Source of the DNA: the human T2T-CHM13v2.0 reference genome, Homo sapiens
Length of the DNA stretch: 64,000 nucleotides
Direction: 5' to 3' (one strand)
Assembly: GCF_009914755.1 (NCBI RefSeq)
Contig: NC_060930.1
The notes below the pieces were generated by a model. It worked only from the letters and a program-made list of their open reading frames with translations, did no database searches and had not been told where the DNA came from. Positions 30,564-46,959 of this stretch are shown piece after piece; within the stretch, counting starts at the first letter, position 1, and each line of letters opens with the position of its first letter. The position numbers and the translations under genes were made by a program.

Positions 30564-31302
30564 TAAAAAAAAAAATTAGAAAAGACAAAACGAGAAAGAA
30601 AAAATATAAAATAAAATAATAAAAATGTAACAAATAAGTCTTCCCCAAACCTTACATATCTGCGGAGAAGAAATCATTTTATTGATAACAGCCTAAATCT
30701 TGGTGAGATTGCAACATCCTTCTCCCAAGGCTGAAAAAACATGAAGCAAAGAGCTACGAATCTCTGCAGTCTGAAAGCCAGAAGGCCACGTCTCCCTCGC
30801 CCAGGGCATGCGTTCCTGCGCAAGAAGAATGGAAAGCGTTCCTTGTTTTTGTTTTGGCTTTCTTCTAGGAGATTTTCCAAAATAAAGAGATCCTGCAAGC
30901 TGGCACTTCCTGAGTATGGGGAGATGGAGTAAACGCCCCTCCCATAGTGCAGTACTGTGTATTACATACGTTCTAGGAACACAGTGCCCAAAGCAGTAGT
31001 GATTCGACAGTGTGTTAAATTCCAGACATGAACACATGAGTTATTGGACTCTGCGGAGGCGAGCCCTGACCCCTTCTCAATCCAGCCTAGTCCAAACCCT
31101 GATGATCTGACAAATAGATATGCAGCTGGTGGATACTACGGACAGGCATACTCTACACAAGCTGTACTATTTAAACAGTTACCTCCTTTGGGTTAATAAA
31201 TGTACTTCGAGATGACAATATCATTGTTTCAATGGGTGAACTAAATGCAAGAGGGTCTTCTAATTAAAATGGGCTGTGTTTTTCAAAGTTGTCTTTAAGT
31301 TT

Positions 31303-31412
31303 CAGGTTAACTATCCTAGTTTGTGCAGAATTGGAGGGGTTTTCTCAGGATGCAGAACTTCAGGTGGTAAAACTGGCAGAGTCCCAGGCAAATGGGGACA
31401 GTTAGTCACCCA
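31303..31412 (-). mobile_element. MER81-like MITE
   Basis: ggttaactatcctagtttg...agtcccaggcaaatggggacagttagtcaccc. Confidence 0.6.
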
Positions 31413-32444
31413 GTTCCATGATGGGGAACTTGTCAGGCATTGTGGAGTGCATGGCCTTTGGGGGCGGGGGCTTTTTCTTGGTTAAGTCACGTCATTTTTC
31501 TGCACTTCTTTTCTGCATGTGTCCTAAAGCAGGGATACTATCACTAGCCTCAGAGCTCCCCTGTGAGGGTTAAGGGATTCCCTTTGTGTGAGTGGGCACA
31601 GCCAGTACTTTGCCACATCAGGAGGGGTAATGGGCAGGTGTGATGAGCCAAGGTGTGGCTGGCCAATTCCGGTGCTCACACCTTGGCCCTGTGTAGAGTT
31701 GCACTTTGAAGAGGTATCCATGCCAGGAAGGGTTGTGCCATGAGTCATGAGGGCAAAGCTGAAGTCAGGGTCTGGAACACCAGGTTGGGCTCAGGGACAT
31801 GAACAAGTTTCAATATAGAAGCAGGAGACTGGGGTCAGTGCTGAAGATGCTAAGCAAGAGGATGGGCCGGGCATGGAGGGTATGCAGGCTGGGGCAGGCA
31901 GAGAGAGGCGAGCCGGGTGGTAGGCACGGGAGGCCTGTGTTCAGAGCAGCAGGAAGTCAGAGCTCAGAGACCCAAACTGCCTAGAGGGTACCATCCAGGA
32001 GCCATTTCAGCCATGGGAACATAGCTGAGAAACTCACAATATGAAGGGAAGAAAAGGCCTCGGAGGAGCCCAAACCCACATTGCAGTCCCCATACAAGAC
32101 CCCCTCTTAGACCATGACTCAGATCATGATTCTAAGACGTTTTGTGATCTGTCTTCCATTGCAACGCAGACGCCAAATATTAGCACAAGAAGTGCCATCA
32201 CAGTCACTCTGAGAAGAAAGGTGTATTAACCATCGGTCAATGGAGAAAACAAATACAAAAGAAAGAACAGATCCGTCTGGGGCCATTTACCATAGACCTA
32301 TTTACCTAGACCTCGAGGGTCCAAGATCAGAGCCAGACAGACCGTTCCGCTCTCATTGATCCATCCTCCAAGTTTTCAGGATGGCTTATGCCTTATAGAT
32401 GTTCAAGATCCCTCCCTCACTCACCCACACACCCACTCATCCTG

Positions 32445-33339
<895 letters not shown>

Positions 33340-33344
33340 TAGCT

Positions 33345-33632
33345 GTCTGGGCACAGTGGCTCATGCCTATAATCCCAGCAGTTTGGAAGGCCCAGGTGGG
33401 CTAATCACTTGAGCACAAGAGTCTGAGATCAGGCTGGGCAACATGGCGAAACCCTGTCTCTACAAATAATACAAAAATTAGCCAGGTGTGGTGGTGCACA
33501 TCTGTAGTCCCAGCAACTCGGGAGGCTGAGGGTGGGAGGATCGCTTGAGCCAGGGAGGCAAGGTTGCAGTGAGCCAAGATTACACTGTTAACACTCCAGC
33601 CTGGGATACAGAGCCAGATCCTATCTCAAAAA
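33345..33632 (+). mobile_element. AluJ
   Basis: Dimer followed by an AT-rich tail. Confidence 0.9.
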
Positions 33633-33800
33633 TATATATATATTTATATATTTTATATATATAATATTATTATTTATATATATAATAAAATATATTTTTT
33701 TGAAATAGGGTCTGGCTCTGTATATATATACATACACACATATATGTATATATATATACACGCACATATATGTGTATATATATACACACACATATATATA
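33630..33800. repeat. AT-rich and (TA/CA)n low-complexity tract
   Basis: Direct reading. Confidence 0.85.
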
Positions 33801-33937
33801 ACATTTTGAAATGCATCTACTGACAGCATTTTTTTCTGATTTAAAAGTACTGCATGTGTCAATTATCTGTTTGAAAATTCAAACATCAAAATAACTTTTA
33901 AGAACTCTATAGTCATTCCAAATGTTACACACACACA

Positions 33938-34830
33938 TCATTCACCCCTCTGTGTGCCTGGCATCGTGCTAGTCACTGGGAATACAAACGTCAAGAACCA
34001 TGATCCAACTGCGGACAGATAGACCCTTGACCCAATGCTTACAGGATAGTGTGACAAGCAATGAGGGCAATGAGTAAGAAGAGGTCGGGAGGTGGGTGGG
34101 TGGGAGTCTGGGAAAATGTCCAGGCACTGACAATGTTGGAGCTGAGCCTTGGAGAATGCATATATAACTAAGCGGATGGGGCATGGCAACATGACGGATT
34201 CCAGGCTGAAACAGCACACGCGCAGAGAGGCTTCAAGGGTACTTGTATTGGGAAACGTTGATGCGCCCAGTACAGTCGGGAAACAAAAGGAGATGAAGCT
34301 GAGAAGGCAGAATGTGGCCAGATGGCGTTTGGACTTTGTCCTGTGGCAAACAGGGAGCCCATGGAGATTTTATAGAGGTTTTGAGCAAGACAGTGAATGG
34401 TCAGGATTGTCTTATCAATGGCTCACTCTGCAGTGGGGTGGAGCATGGCCTGGAAGAAGAGACTGTAGGGCAAAGAGACCAGTTCCACAGCCGTAGAAGC
34501 CAAAAGACATGGCCAAGGGACACACAAAGGCAGTAGTCTAAGGGATCCGGCTTTTCCAGGAAAACAAAAAGAAGAAGAAGTCCATAGGATTCAGTGAGAT
34601 TTGGTGATGTTGAAAATAAGAGACAGGAAAGAGCTAAGACAACTTTAAGACACTCGGCTGAGGCATTTGGCCCAGAGGTCATCCTTTAACCGAGATCACA
34701 GCCAAGTTGCCAGAGAGGGGACAATGTGCCTGAGGTGCCTGCAAAACTTCCAGGAACATTTGTCCAGTTGGTTTCCAGAAATAAATGTCTGGAGTTCAGA
34801 ATAGAGTTCTGGACTAGACATCCTTCCAAG
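33938..34830 (-). mobile_element. L2 fragments
   Basis: tcattcacccctctgtgtgcctggcatcgtgctagtcactggg...ggagcccatggagattttatagagg...gtctggagttcagaatagag. Confidence 0.6.
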
Positions 34831-35299
34831 CGCAAAGGAGTCCAGGCAGAACACAAACTATTGCATGTAGGGGGTGTGAATCTGGGCTAATTCAACATTG
34901 CTAAGACATTCAGAAGTCTGAAGCATACCTCTCTGTCCATAGGCATCCTTAGTGAGGAGAGCGTGGGCTCAGGAACCAGGAGAACTGGGTCCCAATTCCA
35001 GAATTCTTACTCCACACCTTATATACTCCAGTATGGTGAGGGCAAGCAGAGTTGGGGGGAAAGGAAGGATAGCTGGAGAGAAAGAGGTGTAGGCCAGGAG
35101 CAGGGTGAAGCTAGCACCTACAGGAATTCCTTCCAACCTCCTTCTTGCCCCTATAGTCATCTTCCTCCTGCTCAGGAAACACCCCTCATCATGTAGCAGA
35201 GCTGCTCAGCCTGGCTCTTGAGGTCTGGGAGGTTGAATACAGTCAGCACCACCATAGAAAGAGCCACGGGCATTTGGTAAGTGCAAACGTCAGTGGTTT

Positions 35300-35598
35300 G
35301 GTTAGCGCTGCATCATTTCTGGGGCTCACTGTACAATAAAAATGCAAAGCCTCCTCCAAAAAAAAAAAAAAAGGTGGCCAGGGACACGGTGGCTCACATT
35401 GTAATTCCAGCACTTTAGGAGGCTGAAGCGGGCAGATCGCTTGAGCCCAGGAGTTTGAGACCAGCCTGGGCAACATGATGAAACCCCGTCTCAACAACAA
35501 CGAAAAAGAATTTCAAGACTGTGATAGTACAGCCTTAAACCAAACACCGAGATGTTCTAAGTGCAGGAACCAGGGCATTGCCCATGAAGCTGGCCCTG
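35300..35598 (-). mobile_element. MER45A hAT-Tip100, split by a FLAM
   Basis: aagaatttcaagactgtgatagtacagccttaaaccaa...cccatgaagctggccctg. Confidence 0.7.
35376..35507 (+). mobile_element. FLAM/Alu monomer
   Basis: Left-arm sequence. Confidence 0.85.
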
Positions 35599-35634
35599 CC
35601 TTTCAGCTCTGAGGCCCAGGGTCATGTAGCCATT

Positions 35635-35855
35635 TAGAGCCTGGACTTAGGAATCAGGCAGAGCTGGATTTGAATTTCGCTTCTGTCACTTGCCAGGTTT
35701 GTGAGCTCAGACAGTTTCATTTCTCCAGGCTTTAAAGTGCTCCCCTGTAAAGTGAAGCTAACAGTACTTGTTTCGTGATGTTCTAGGGAGAATTAAATGA
35801 TAAGCATGTGTATACAATGAACCTGACTCATATAGTAGGAGCTCAATAGCTGGTA
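35635..35855 (+). mobile_element. MIR
   Basis: ggaatcaggcagagctggatttgaatttcgcttctgtcactt...gagaattaaatgataa. Confidence 0.7.
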
Positions 35856-37811
35856 GGATTTTGCATCCACTGCTCAGCTCCATCTGCTCTCAGAAGCAAT
35901 AGTGATCTCCACTGCAGGGAAGCAACAGCTCCTTAGAAGACAGTCAGTGGTAGTCCTGGCTTGTCTTGGTGAAAAACATTTTCAGACTAGGCACTCATAA
36001 AATGACATGCTTTGGACACTTTTTGTAAATATAGCAGCAAAACAGGAAACAAGGCAATGTTAAAGGAAGCCTCTCTCCCCCAGGAATGAACTTGCTTTCA
36101 TCATGTTGCATTGCCCACATGGTACTGGGAGGCACATGTATGTGGTGCTATAAATAACATGTTCTACCAGGAAACCTTGGCTGGTGCAGAAATGAGTGGT
36201 CCATTTACTGAAAGGGATTAGATAGATGTTGTACATCGAAAACTTGTTGATTTCATCCCTAGGATGCTTATTGAATCCCTGTGCAACTTAGGCCATTGTG
36301 ATGAAAGGATTGAAGAAACCTTGTGTGCTTTAGTTAACTGGCAGATAAATACAGATCTTAAATGTATTTTCCTAAAAGTCTTGATTGATAAGCTGTAAGA
36401 GTTTATCCAAAGCATGTTAGGACTCCTGTGGCAGGCCAGTGGGGAAGCTAAACATGTTGGGATACGCCAAGGAAGGGTCAAAATCAATTGAACTGCAGTA
36501 CTAGCACAAGCAAGGAAGATGACCAGAACTACAATATGCAGGGTCCTAAGAGAGGCAGCCTGGTTTGTCCTCAGTCCATAGAAATATTCAAGATGTGTAC
36601 GGTGCAAGAGTCAACTCAAGGTGCTTCTGTTAATCTCTAGAGTCAAAAGTTCTGTGTATACACATAGCTAATTTATGAGGCTCAAGTCAATCCAAAAACC
36701 AGTTGTCACAAAGGCCAGTTTATGAGATGAACATTTAACTGGTTTCCCAGTCCTCTGATGAGATAAACCAACCTAACCTCCTAAATATCATAATTTCATT
36801 AATAAAATGAAATGTGGAATCTTTAATAGACAATATCTTTATCCTAGGAGTCACTCTATTGTCTCTCATCTCTGGGAAGTTATTAGGACAAATATTTTAG
36901 GCAGTTGGAAACTTTGAGGCCCTTCAAATGACACTGCAAAGGCATCAACCTGGCTTATGTGTGCAAAAACCAAGCCTGGGCAGATAGATCCATAGTGGAT
37001 ATATGCCTTGCATTTTCAATATCCTTCCACGTTAGGGCACTTCCAAATCTATGAGCCCCACTTTCCCAAGGTGGAAGCCAGCCTCCTTCCTCTGCAACTA
37101 CGGCAAAAACATGCGTTTTAACCTCAACCAATCAGATACACCTGCATGCCTTATTTTTCCAGTTGTGTTACAAAAAGTTCCAAACAGGAATAATATAGAG
37201 AGAGAAATGTGGAGACGATGGAGGCAGGGGCACAGTTTGTTAATCTCTCTGAATTCCCACAAACAAACAAAACAGATAAAGCAACTAGAAAGCAAAACCA
37301 AGTTACCATGGACAATTACAACAAAATTAGGTCACAACATTTTCCCCACAGACCCCAAAATACAAGCTCATGAGGATACAGCACCAGTAGTCACATAAGC
37401 TGCATCGTCTCTGTGGGAGGAAGCAGAGCAACACAAAAGGGTGTTCCAGTGGGTCTGAAAATTGGAGAACCTGAAAGTAGCCATGGTATTTAACAGAGAG
37501 CTCAGTGAGGCCATCTGCGAACAGCAGCTGAACTGGAAGGGCTTTCGCCGAGTAGGTGAGTATAAGAGGCTTTCAGTAAGGATCAATGGGTCTGCAGAAA
37601 TCCAGCTCCTGTGAATTCTAGAAACCAGCAAGTCAGGCTCCCTTTCAGAACAGAACCCCCCCACTGAGACACTTCTGGGAGTGGAATTTTTTTTAAAAAG
37701 GTAGGCAGGGACAGAGGAAAGAGTCCAGTTAAAAGTGAGAAAGAAGAGAGTCAGGAAATCTTGAGAAACGAAACTAACATATTTTTAATTGCTGCATGAA
37801 AATAGCCGAAA

Positions 37812-38110
37812 GGCCAGGCGCGGTGGCCCATGCCTGTAATCCCAGCACTTTGGGAGGCCAAGGAGGGCAGATCACAAGGTTGGGAGTTCAAAACCAGCCT
37901 GGCCAACACGGCAAAACACTGTCTCTACTAAAAATACAAAAATTAGTCGGGCGCGGTGGTGGATGCCTGTAATCTCAGCTACTCGGGAGGCTGAGGCAGG
38001 AGAATTGCCTGAACCCGGAGGTGAGGTTGAAGTGAGCCGAGATCGTGCCACTGTACTCCAGCCTGGGCAACAAAGCGAGACTCCTCAGGAAAAAAAAAAA
38101 AAAAAGAAAA
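37812..38110 (+). mobile_element. AluS
   Basis: Full dimer. Confidence 0.92.
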
Positions 38111-38139
38111 GAGCCAAAGATAAAATTTCTTTTAATTAA

Positions 38140-38430
38140 TTTTTTTTCTCTAGAGACTGGGTCTCACTGTGTCACCCAGGCTAGAGTGAAGTGGTACAAT
38201 TATAGCTCATTGCAACCTCAGACTCCTGGGCTCAAGAGATCCTCTCATATCGGCCTCCCAGAGTGCTGGGATTGCAGGCATGAGCCACTGCTCCCAGTCT
38301 AATTTGTTTTTTTTAATTGAGGCAGAGTCTCACTGCATTGCCCAGGCTGGTCTTGAACTCCTGGGCCTTAATCCTTCCACCTTAGCCTCCAGAGTACCTG
38401 GGATTACAGGTGCCTGCCACCATGCTCGGC
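38140..38430 (-). mobile_element. Two partial antisense Alu arms (38140-38297, 38307-38430)
   Basis: Alu arm motifs gtctcactgtgtcacccaggct; gagtctcactgcattgcccaggctgg. Confidence 0.8.
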
Positions 38431-38476
38431 AGGAGATAAAATTAGAAAGAGTACTCTTAACCATGCCTCCTTCTAA

Positions 38477-38792
<316 letters not shown>

Positions 38793-39171
38793 TTAATTTT
38801 AAAAGTAAGCAGAAAAAAAAGATCAAATCCCATCCGAAGTTATTATAAGAAAAAAAAGAATAAGAAGCTGAAAAACATCTATATAGATAATGAAAATCTA
38901 CTAAAAGACATGCCCAAAGAAAATATCAAAAATATCACTTTCTAGTTGAAAAAAAAAACTGAAATACATTTTTAAAGGCTATAAGACATAAAAGAACAAC
39001 ATAAATTAAAACTAGGAAAAACTTAGAAATGAGGTGATACAACTCGGTAAGTTAATTGTATATCAAAGATAACATCATTTCAAAAATGAAGAAAAACTAG
39101 AATGAATAAATACAGTCAATAATGCCTTAAAGGAAATAGGAAATAAAAAGACATTTTAAAAATCAAAATAA

Positions 39172-39476
39172 GGCTGAGTGCAGTGGCTCATGCCTGTAAT
39201 CCCAGCATTTGGGGAGACCAAAATGAGAGGATCACTGCAGTCCAGGGGTTTGAGACCAGCCTGGGCAACATGGGGAAACCCCATCTCTACAAAATAATTT
39301 AAAAATTAGCCAGACATGGTAGCATGTGCCTGTGGTCCCAACTGCATGAGGAGGCTAGGGCAGGAGGATCACTTGAGCCCAGGAGGTTGGCTGCAATGAG
39401 ACGTGTTCATGCCACTGCACTCCAGCCTGGGTGACAGAGCAAGCCCTATCTCACACAAACACACACACACACACAA
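39172..39476 (+). mobile_element. AluJ with (CA)n tail
   Basis: Dimer. Confidence 0.9.
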
Positions 39477-39508
39477 AGTCAAAGATAAAGAAAAATAAAT
39501 AGGATATG

Positions 39509-39883
<375 letters not shown>

Positions 39884-40061
39884 TCAGGCAAAATTGATGT
39901 AGTATGACTATGGGGAAAATAGGGAGACCACGTGAAGAAATAATATTTAACTGCTCACAGTAATTCTACTCATGGTGGTAGCATTCATATTGGTAGTCTG
40001 AGACTATTGTGTGTTCACTACAAGATAAAGTAAATGAGTAATTAACTATAGGATGTTCTAA

Positions 40062-40430
<369 letters not shown>

Positions 40431-40672
40431 TAGATTTAACACAGAAAAGGCAAAAGTTAAACACCTAATCTAGATCTGAATTGGAAATACCAGTATAAAT
40501 GCATGTGTTGTTTAATCTTTTACCTTAAAATAGATATAATTGTGTATATATGCACACATATACACATGTACGTATACACATATATATGTGTATACACATC
40601 ACATATACAGATCCATCAGCCTGAAACTTCTTGTCATACCAGATAGTGAGGAAACCATTAAAGACCACCAAG

Positions 40673-41212
<540 letters not shown>

Positions 41213-41253
41213 TATTTTTTAAATAAAAATAATTCTTAAAAATAAAGACCACA

Positions 41254-41554
41254 GGCCAAGCACGGTGGCTCACGCGTGTAATCCCAGCACTTTGGGAAGC
41301 TGAGGCAAGCAGACCATGAGGTCAAGAGATCAAGACCATCCTGGCTGAGATGGTGAAACCCCATCTCTACTAAAAATACAAAAAATTAGCTGGGCGTGGT
41401 GGCACGGGCCTGTAGTCCCAGCTACTTGGGAGGCTGAGGCAAGAGGATCACTTGAACCCAGAGGCAGAGGTTGCAGTGAGCCAAAATCGCGCCACTTTAC
41501 TCCAGCCTGGCAACAGAGTGAGACTCCATCTCAAAAAACAAACAAACAAAAAAT
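41254..41554 (+). mobile_element. AluSc-like
   Basis: TSD aaaaataaagaccaca. Confidence 0.92.
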
Positions 41555-41658
41555 AAAGACCACAAAAGTCATGTCAAAAGAACTCAAGAACCAAATTAAA
41601 GTGGTTTCCACTAGAAAAAGATAGAACAATTTGAGCCTCAAAAATGAACTACAACTGG

Positions 41659-41990
41659 GGCTGGGCACGGTGGCTCACACCTGTAATTCCAGCACTTTGG
41701 GAGGCGAAGGCAGGTGGATCACTTGAGGTCAGGAGTTCGAGACCAGCCTGGCCAACATGGCAAAACGCTGTCTCTACTAAAAATATAAGAAAAGTAGCCG
41801 GGCATGGTGGTGCTTGCCTGTAATCCCAGCTACTTGGGAGGCCGAGGCAGGAGAATCACTTGAACCTAGGAGGAGGAAGTTGTAGTGAGCCGAGATCATG
41901 CCACTATACTCCAGCCTGGGTGACAGAGCAAGACTCTTGTCTCAAAAAAAGAAAAAAAAAAAAAAAAAGGAAAGAAAGAAAGAAAAAAGA
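41659..41990 (+). mobile_element. AluSx-like
   Basis: TSD gaactacaa. Confidence 0.92.
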
Positions 41991-42255
41991 ACTACAATTG
42001 ACTGAAGCTCAAATATGTTTTAATGCATGAAGTCATATTGATTTTCTTTTTTAAAAAAATGAATTGGCCACCTTTAAAGGATGATAGGGTGCTAGAGAAC
42101 CAATTTTCATGAATTTAAGAACTAATAAAGGGAAAGAACCAAACATTTATCTTGCCTTTCTATTATAGCCTGACCAACCTGTAATTAAAAATAGCTAAGG
42201 GGAAGAGTGTCCTTATTAAACTATTCCAATTTCCAAAAAAAAAAAAATTTAAACA

Positions 42256-42569
42256 GGCTGGGCACAGTGGCTCATGCCTGTAATCTCAGCACTTTGGAAG
42301 GCTGAGGCAGAAGGATTGCTTGAGCTCAGGAGTTTGAGACCAGCCTGAGCCACATAGCAAGACCTCATCTCTACTAAAAAAAAAAATTTTAATTAGCCAG
42401 GCATGGTGGCACTCACCTGTAGTTTCAGCTACTCAGAAGGCTGAGGTGGAAAGATCTCTTGAGCCCAAAATATTGAGGCTACAGTAAGCTATGATTGCAC
42501 CACTGTGCTCTAGCATGGGTGACAGCAAGACCCTGTCTCTAAAAAAAATAAAATAAAATAAAATAAAAA
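42256..42569 (+). mobile_element. AluJ
   Basis: Dimer. Confidence 0.9.
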
Positions 42570-42824
42570 GGTTTTGTTTTAAAAGAAATGGCACAATTAC
42601 AATATCACCATTTTGTAACTTCCAAGGAATTAATGGGTCTAGGCAATGATTATCCATAGCTGCTATCATCAAAAAAATAAAGTCCACCAGATATTAGTGC
42701 CTTCTGATAAAAGAATGTCACAGGTGATGCTGCGTATGTCATAATGGATCACATTATGACACATGCTATATCAAATTTTCTCATTTTGGAGATGCTAAAT
42801 TTGATCACTTGGTTAAGGTGGTGA

Positions 42825-43180
<356 letters not shown>

Positions 43181-43209
43181 GAGATGTTTTTTCAAAAACA
43201 GAGGAAGTC

Positions 43210-43493
43210 ACCCAGGATCCATTCTGGCAAGGTGGCAGAGCACAAGGAAGGGAGATGTCTACCTTTCAAGGGTAACTTGGCAGAGGTTCTCACAGCAATG
43301 CCTCACACCCAGTGTTGGCAGCAGTCAGTATTCTACTGGAACAATCTGGCAATGTGATCAATGTAGTTCAGCTATTGTTTTTAAGAACAAAGCTCTCCTG
43401 GAAATTTTCTGAGCTACTTAGTTGCTATTACTAGATTTTTTTTTTTCCTAGCATGGATTCTGTTGTTTGTAACTAAAAGACCTGACTGATACA
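43210..43493 (+). mobile_element. Old ERVL-type LTR remnant (LTR33-like)
   Basis: Ends ttctgttgtttgtaactaaaagacctgactgataca. Confidence 0.4.
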
Positions 43494-43514
43494 GGATCCA
43501 AAAGATTGACAACT

Positions 43515-43522
43515 GTGTGTGT

Positions 43523-43552
<30 letters not shown>
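43515..43552. repeat. (TG)n microsatellite
   Basis: Direct reading. Confidence 0.9.
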
Positions 43553-43553
<1 letters not shown>

Positions 43554-43799
43554 CCCTCACATTCAAATTAATGAGTCTCCAAAATGCTATTGATTTCTCC
43601 AAATGCATTTTAAAAACCTAGGTTGAATGACAAGAAGTTATTTAACTTGATTGATGATTGCCTCAGAAAGCCTTGAGGAAGATAAACAGAAGCTTGGCTG
43701 TCCTGGAACTCTGTATTTCACAACTGTTGGAGTGCATGTACAGTAATCTTTGATTTTATATAAGCCTGACAAGAGAGTGAGCATGACAAGCCTTTCTCA

Positions 43800-44118
<319 letters not shown>

Positions 44119-44123
44119 TGAAT

Positions 44124-44280
44124 TTATTTATTATTATTATTATTATTATTTAATTAGAAAAAAATAGAGATGGGATCTCGCCATCTTGCCCATGCTGGTC
44201 TTGAACTCCTGGACTCAAGGGATCCTCCCCCTCGGCCTCCCAAAGTGCTGGGATTATAGGCATGAGCCACCATGCCCAGT
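44124..44280 (-). mobile_element. FLAM/Alu monomer with (TTA)n tail
   Basis: Antisense left arm. Confidence 0.85.
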
Positions 44281-44435
44281 CAAAAAAAAATGTTTAATTA
44301 AAAAAAAGAATTGTTTGTTCTGGAAGCAATTAAGTCTAAAAGCCCACTCAGTGTTACTGTTGATTCCATATTTGCATGTCTCTTCTGTACCACACTTTCT
44401 GGTAGTCTCTACAGGTTATTTTGCATATATTATAT

Positions 44436-44802
44436 TGTGGTAAACTGTAACAGTGTTCCAAAATATTCACTGCCTCTGCCAGGAGAGAATTCTATTTTCT
44501 CTTCCCAGTCCTGTCAGGCTTGGCCATGTGACTTGCTTTGGCCCACGAAAGGTGAGGAGAAGTAACGCAGGTCACCCTGGGCTCTAACAGCCGGTGTGGG
44601 CTCTGCCAAGCTCTCTCTGTCCTCAGCTTCTCTCTGGTGTTCCAGATACAACCTTTCAGTCAGCATGAGTCCCAAGGGAAGATGACTTGGAGCGGAGCCT
44701 CAGCGCATCCACAATGGTCGTAGGGCATCAATATATGAGGGATAACGTGGTAAGACACTGAGCTGGGGAACCCCGTGCAACCTACTCTATCCTGCCTAAT
44801 AC
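44436..44802 (+). mobile_element. Old MLT1 MaLR LTR (MLT1F-I-like)
   Basis: ggcttggccatgtgacttgctttggcc...agcatgagtccc...ctatcctgcctaatac. Confidence 0.65.
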
Positions 44803-44829
44803 GGTATTCATTGCTTATGATTGATAATA

Positions 44830-45000
44830 GCTACTATTTCATCAGCACTGTTTGTAAACCAAGCACTTGTGTTCTTACAACATTATTATGAAGTAGATAT
44901 TCATTTCTCCACTTTACAGGTGAGGAAACAAGACCTGTAGAGATTAAGGAACTTTAGACCTGAGTTTAACCAGCTTTGAGACCTGGGCCTGAGTCTGTCT
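44830..45000 (-). mobile_element. MIR
   Basis: ttctccactttacaggtgaggaaacaagacc. Confidence 0.6.
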
Positions 45001-45183
45001 AAGGCTGAGGCTCTTGCCTCATGTTGGAAAACCAGCTACATTGGAAAACCTCCTGCATATCCTCCACAGCATTTGTGATCTCTTCCCTGAGCTCACAGAA
45101 GCACCCAGCAAATGCTTACAAATGACTAACTGAAGGGCAATGACTTGAGCACAGCTGCTGAATATGTGAATGAAGAAATGACT

Positions 45184-45708
<525 letters not shown>

Positions 45709-46014
45709 TATTTGTTGAAAACTGCATTAGGTAAAACTGTCTAGAATCTCTCATGTAATACAAAAAAGATACAGACCATATCTTCAAAAACTAGATAATA
45801 AAGAGGTGAAATGGACCAAATATAATATTTAGAAGTGGTGTTGGAAGAAGGCCACACATTGGCCAGAGGACTAGACCAGGAATCCAGGGTCTGCATTCTA
45901 GTTCCTCCTACAGCTGTGTGCTGTTGGTAATCATTTTAACCTCTCTGAGCCTGTTCCATCACACAAAAAGATACTAATAAAACCAGTTCTAGGTGTCGAA
46001 TGAAATAATATATG

Positions 46015-46393
46015 TGCTATGTTATGAATGTGTTTCCCAAAATTCATACGTGGGAAACTTAATCCCCAATGCAGCAGTGTTGGGAGGTGGAGCCTCTGAA
46101 GAGATCTTCAGGTCACAAGGGCTCTGCCCTCATGAATGAATTAGTTCCCTTTCAAAATGGGCTTTCAGTAGTGGGTTCATTCCTTCCTGCTCTTCTGCTA
46201 TGTGAGGACACAGGTCCCTCTCCTCCAGAGGACACAGCAAGTGCCATCTTGGCAGCAGAGAGCAGCCCTTGCCAGATGCTGGAGCCTTGATCTTGGACTT
46301 CCCAGCCTCCAGAACTGAGAAATAAATGTCTCTTCTTTATAAATTACTGAGTCTCAGGCATTCTGTTATAGCCGCACAAAATGGACTACGACA
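46015..46393 (+). mobile_element. MST-family MaLR LTR (MSTC/D-like)
   Basis: tgctatgttatgaatgtg...aaacttaatccccaatgcagcagtgttgggagg...ttggacttcccagcctccagaact...aataaa. Confidence 0.85.
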
Positions 46394-46959
46394 ACATGTA
46401 AGTCACTTTAAATTCTACAGTGGGTTGAAATGTCCCAGCATGGGGCCTGTCTGAACAGGAAAGTGGGTAAGTTCAGAAGAGGACTAGAAAGATGCTTCAT
46501 CCAAGGGCTATAACCCTTTGTGGTGGGGCACTTGAAGAACATAGACTTTTTGAGTTACTGAAGTGTCTCTTTTATAGAATATATAATGCATATTGATTTT
46601 TTTTATTTTGTTGAAACTTCTTGATTTAAGAAGCATGCCACAAATTGCTATAAAGTTATAAAAGAGTAAGAAATTACTAAATTGGAGGCATCTCCTGTAC
46701 AATCTAAAATTCAGGACCCCTTGTGAGAGGTCACTTGCTCCCTGTCGCCATGGAGGGGCATGGGATCTGTGCGTAAACATAAAATCTCTATGCACACATG
46801 TGTACACTTGCAATTAAGCCAAAGAATCTGCAGAGTATGTTTAAACCAGTGTAACACACCTCTCAGTCATCTTCACCCCAAAACGCTTTACAATGGAAAT
46901 GGACTTTGTGCTCTGGGTTACTGAATTCTAGTCTTGGAAATATCCTCAAGCACGTGGAA

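Noticed and set aside
30806-30850. Resemblance to the U6 snRNA 3' end (cctgcgcaag...aagcgttcc...ttttt)
   Set aside because: Only two 9-10 nt blocks match, spacing is wrong and the upstream U6 sequence is absent; likely chance. An Rfam cmscan would settle it.
35243-35262. REST/NRSE-like TCAGCACCA
   Set aside because: The right half-site GGACAG is missing.
44905-44930. TTTACAG|GTGAGG recursive-splice-like motif
   Set aside because: Standard MIR core sequence, very common genome-wide.
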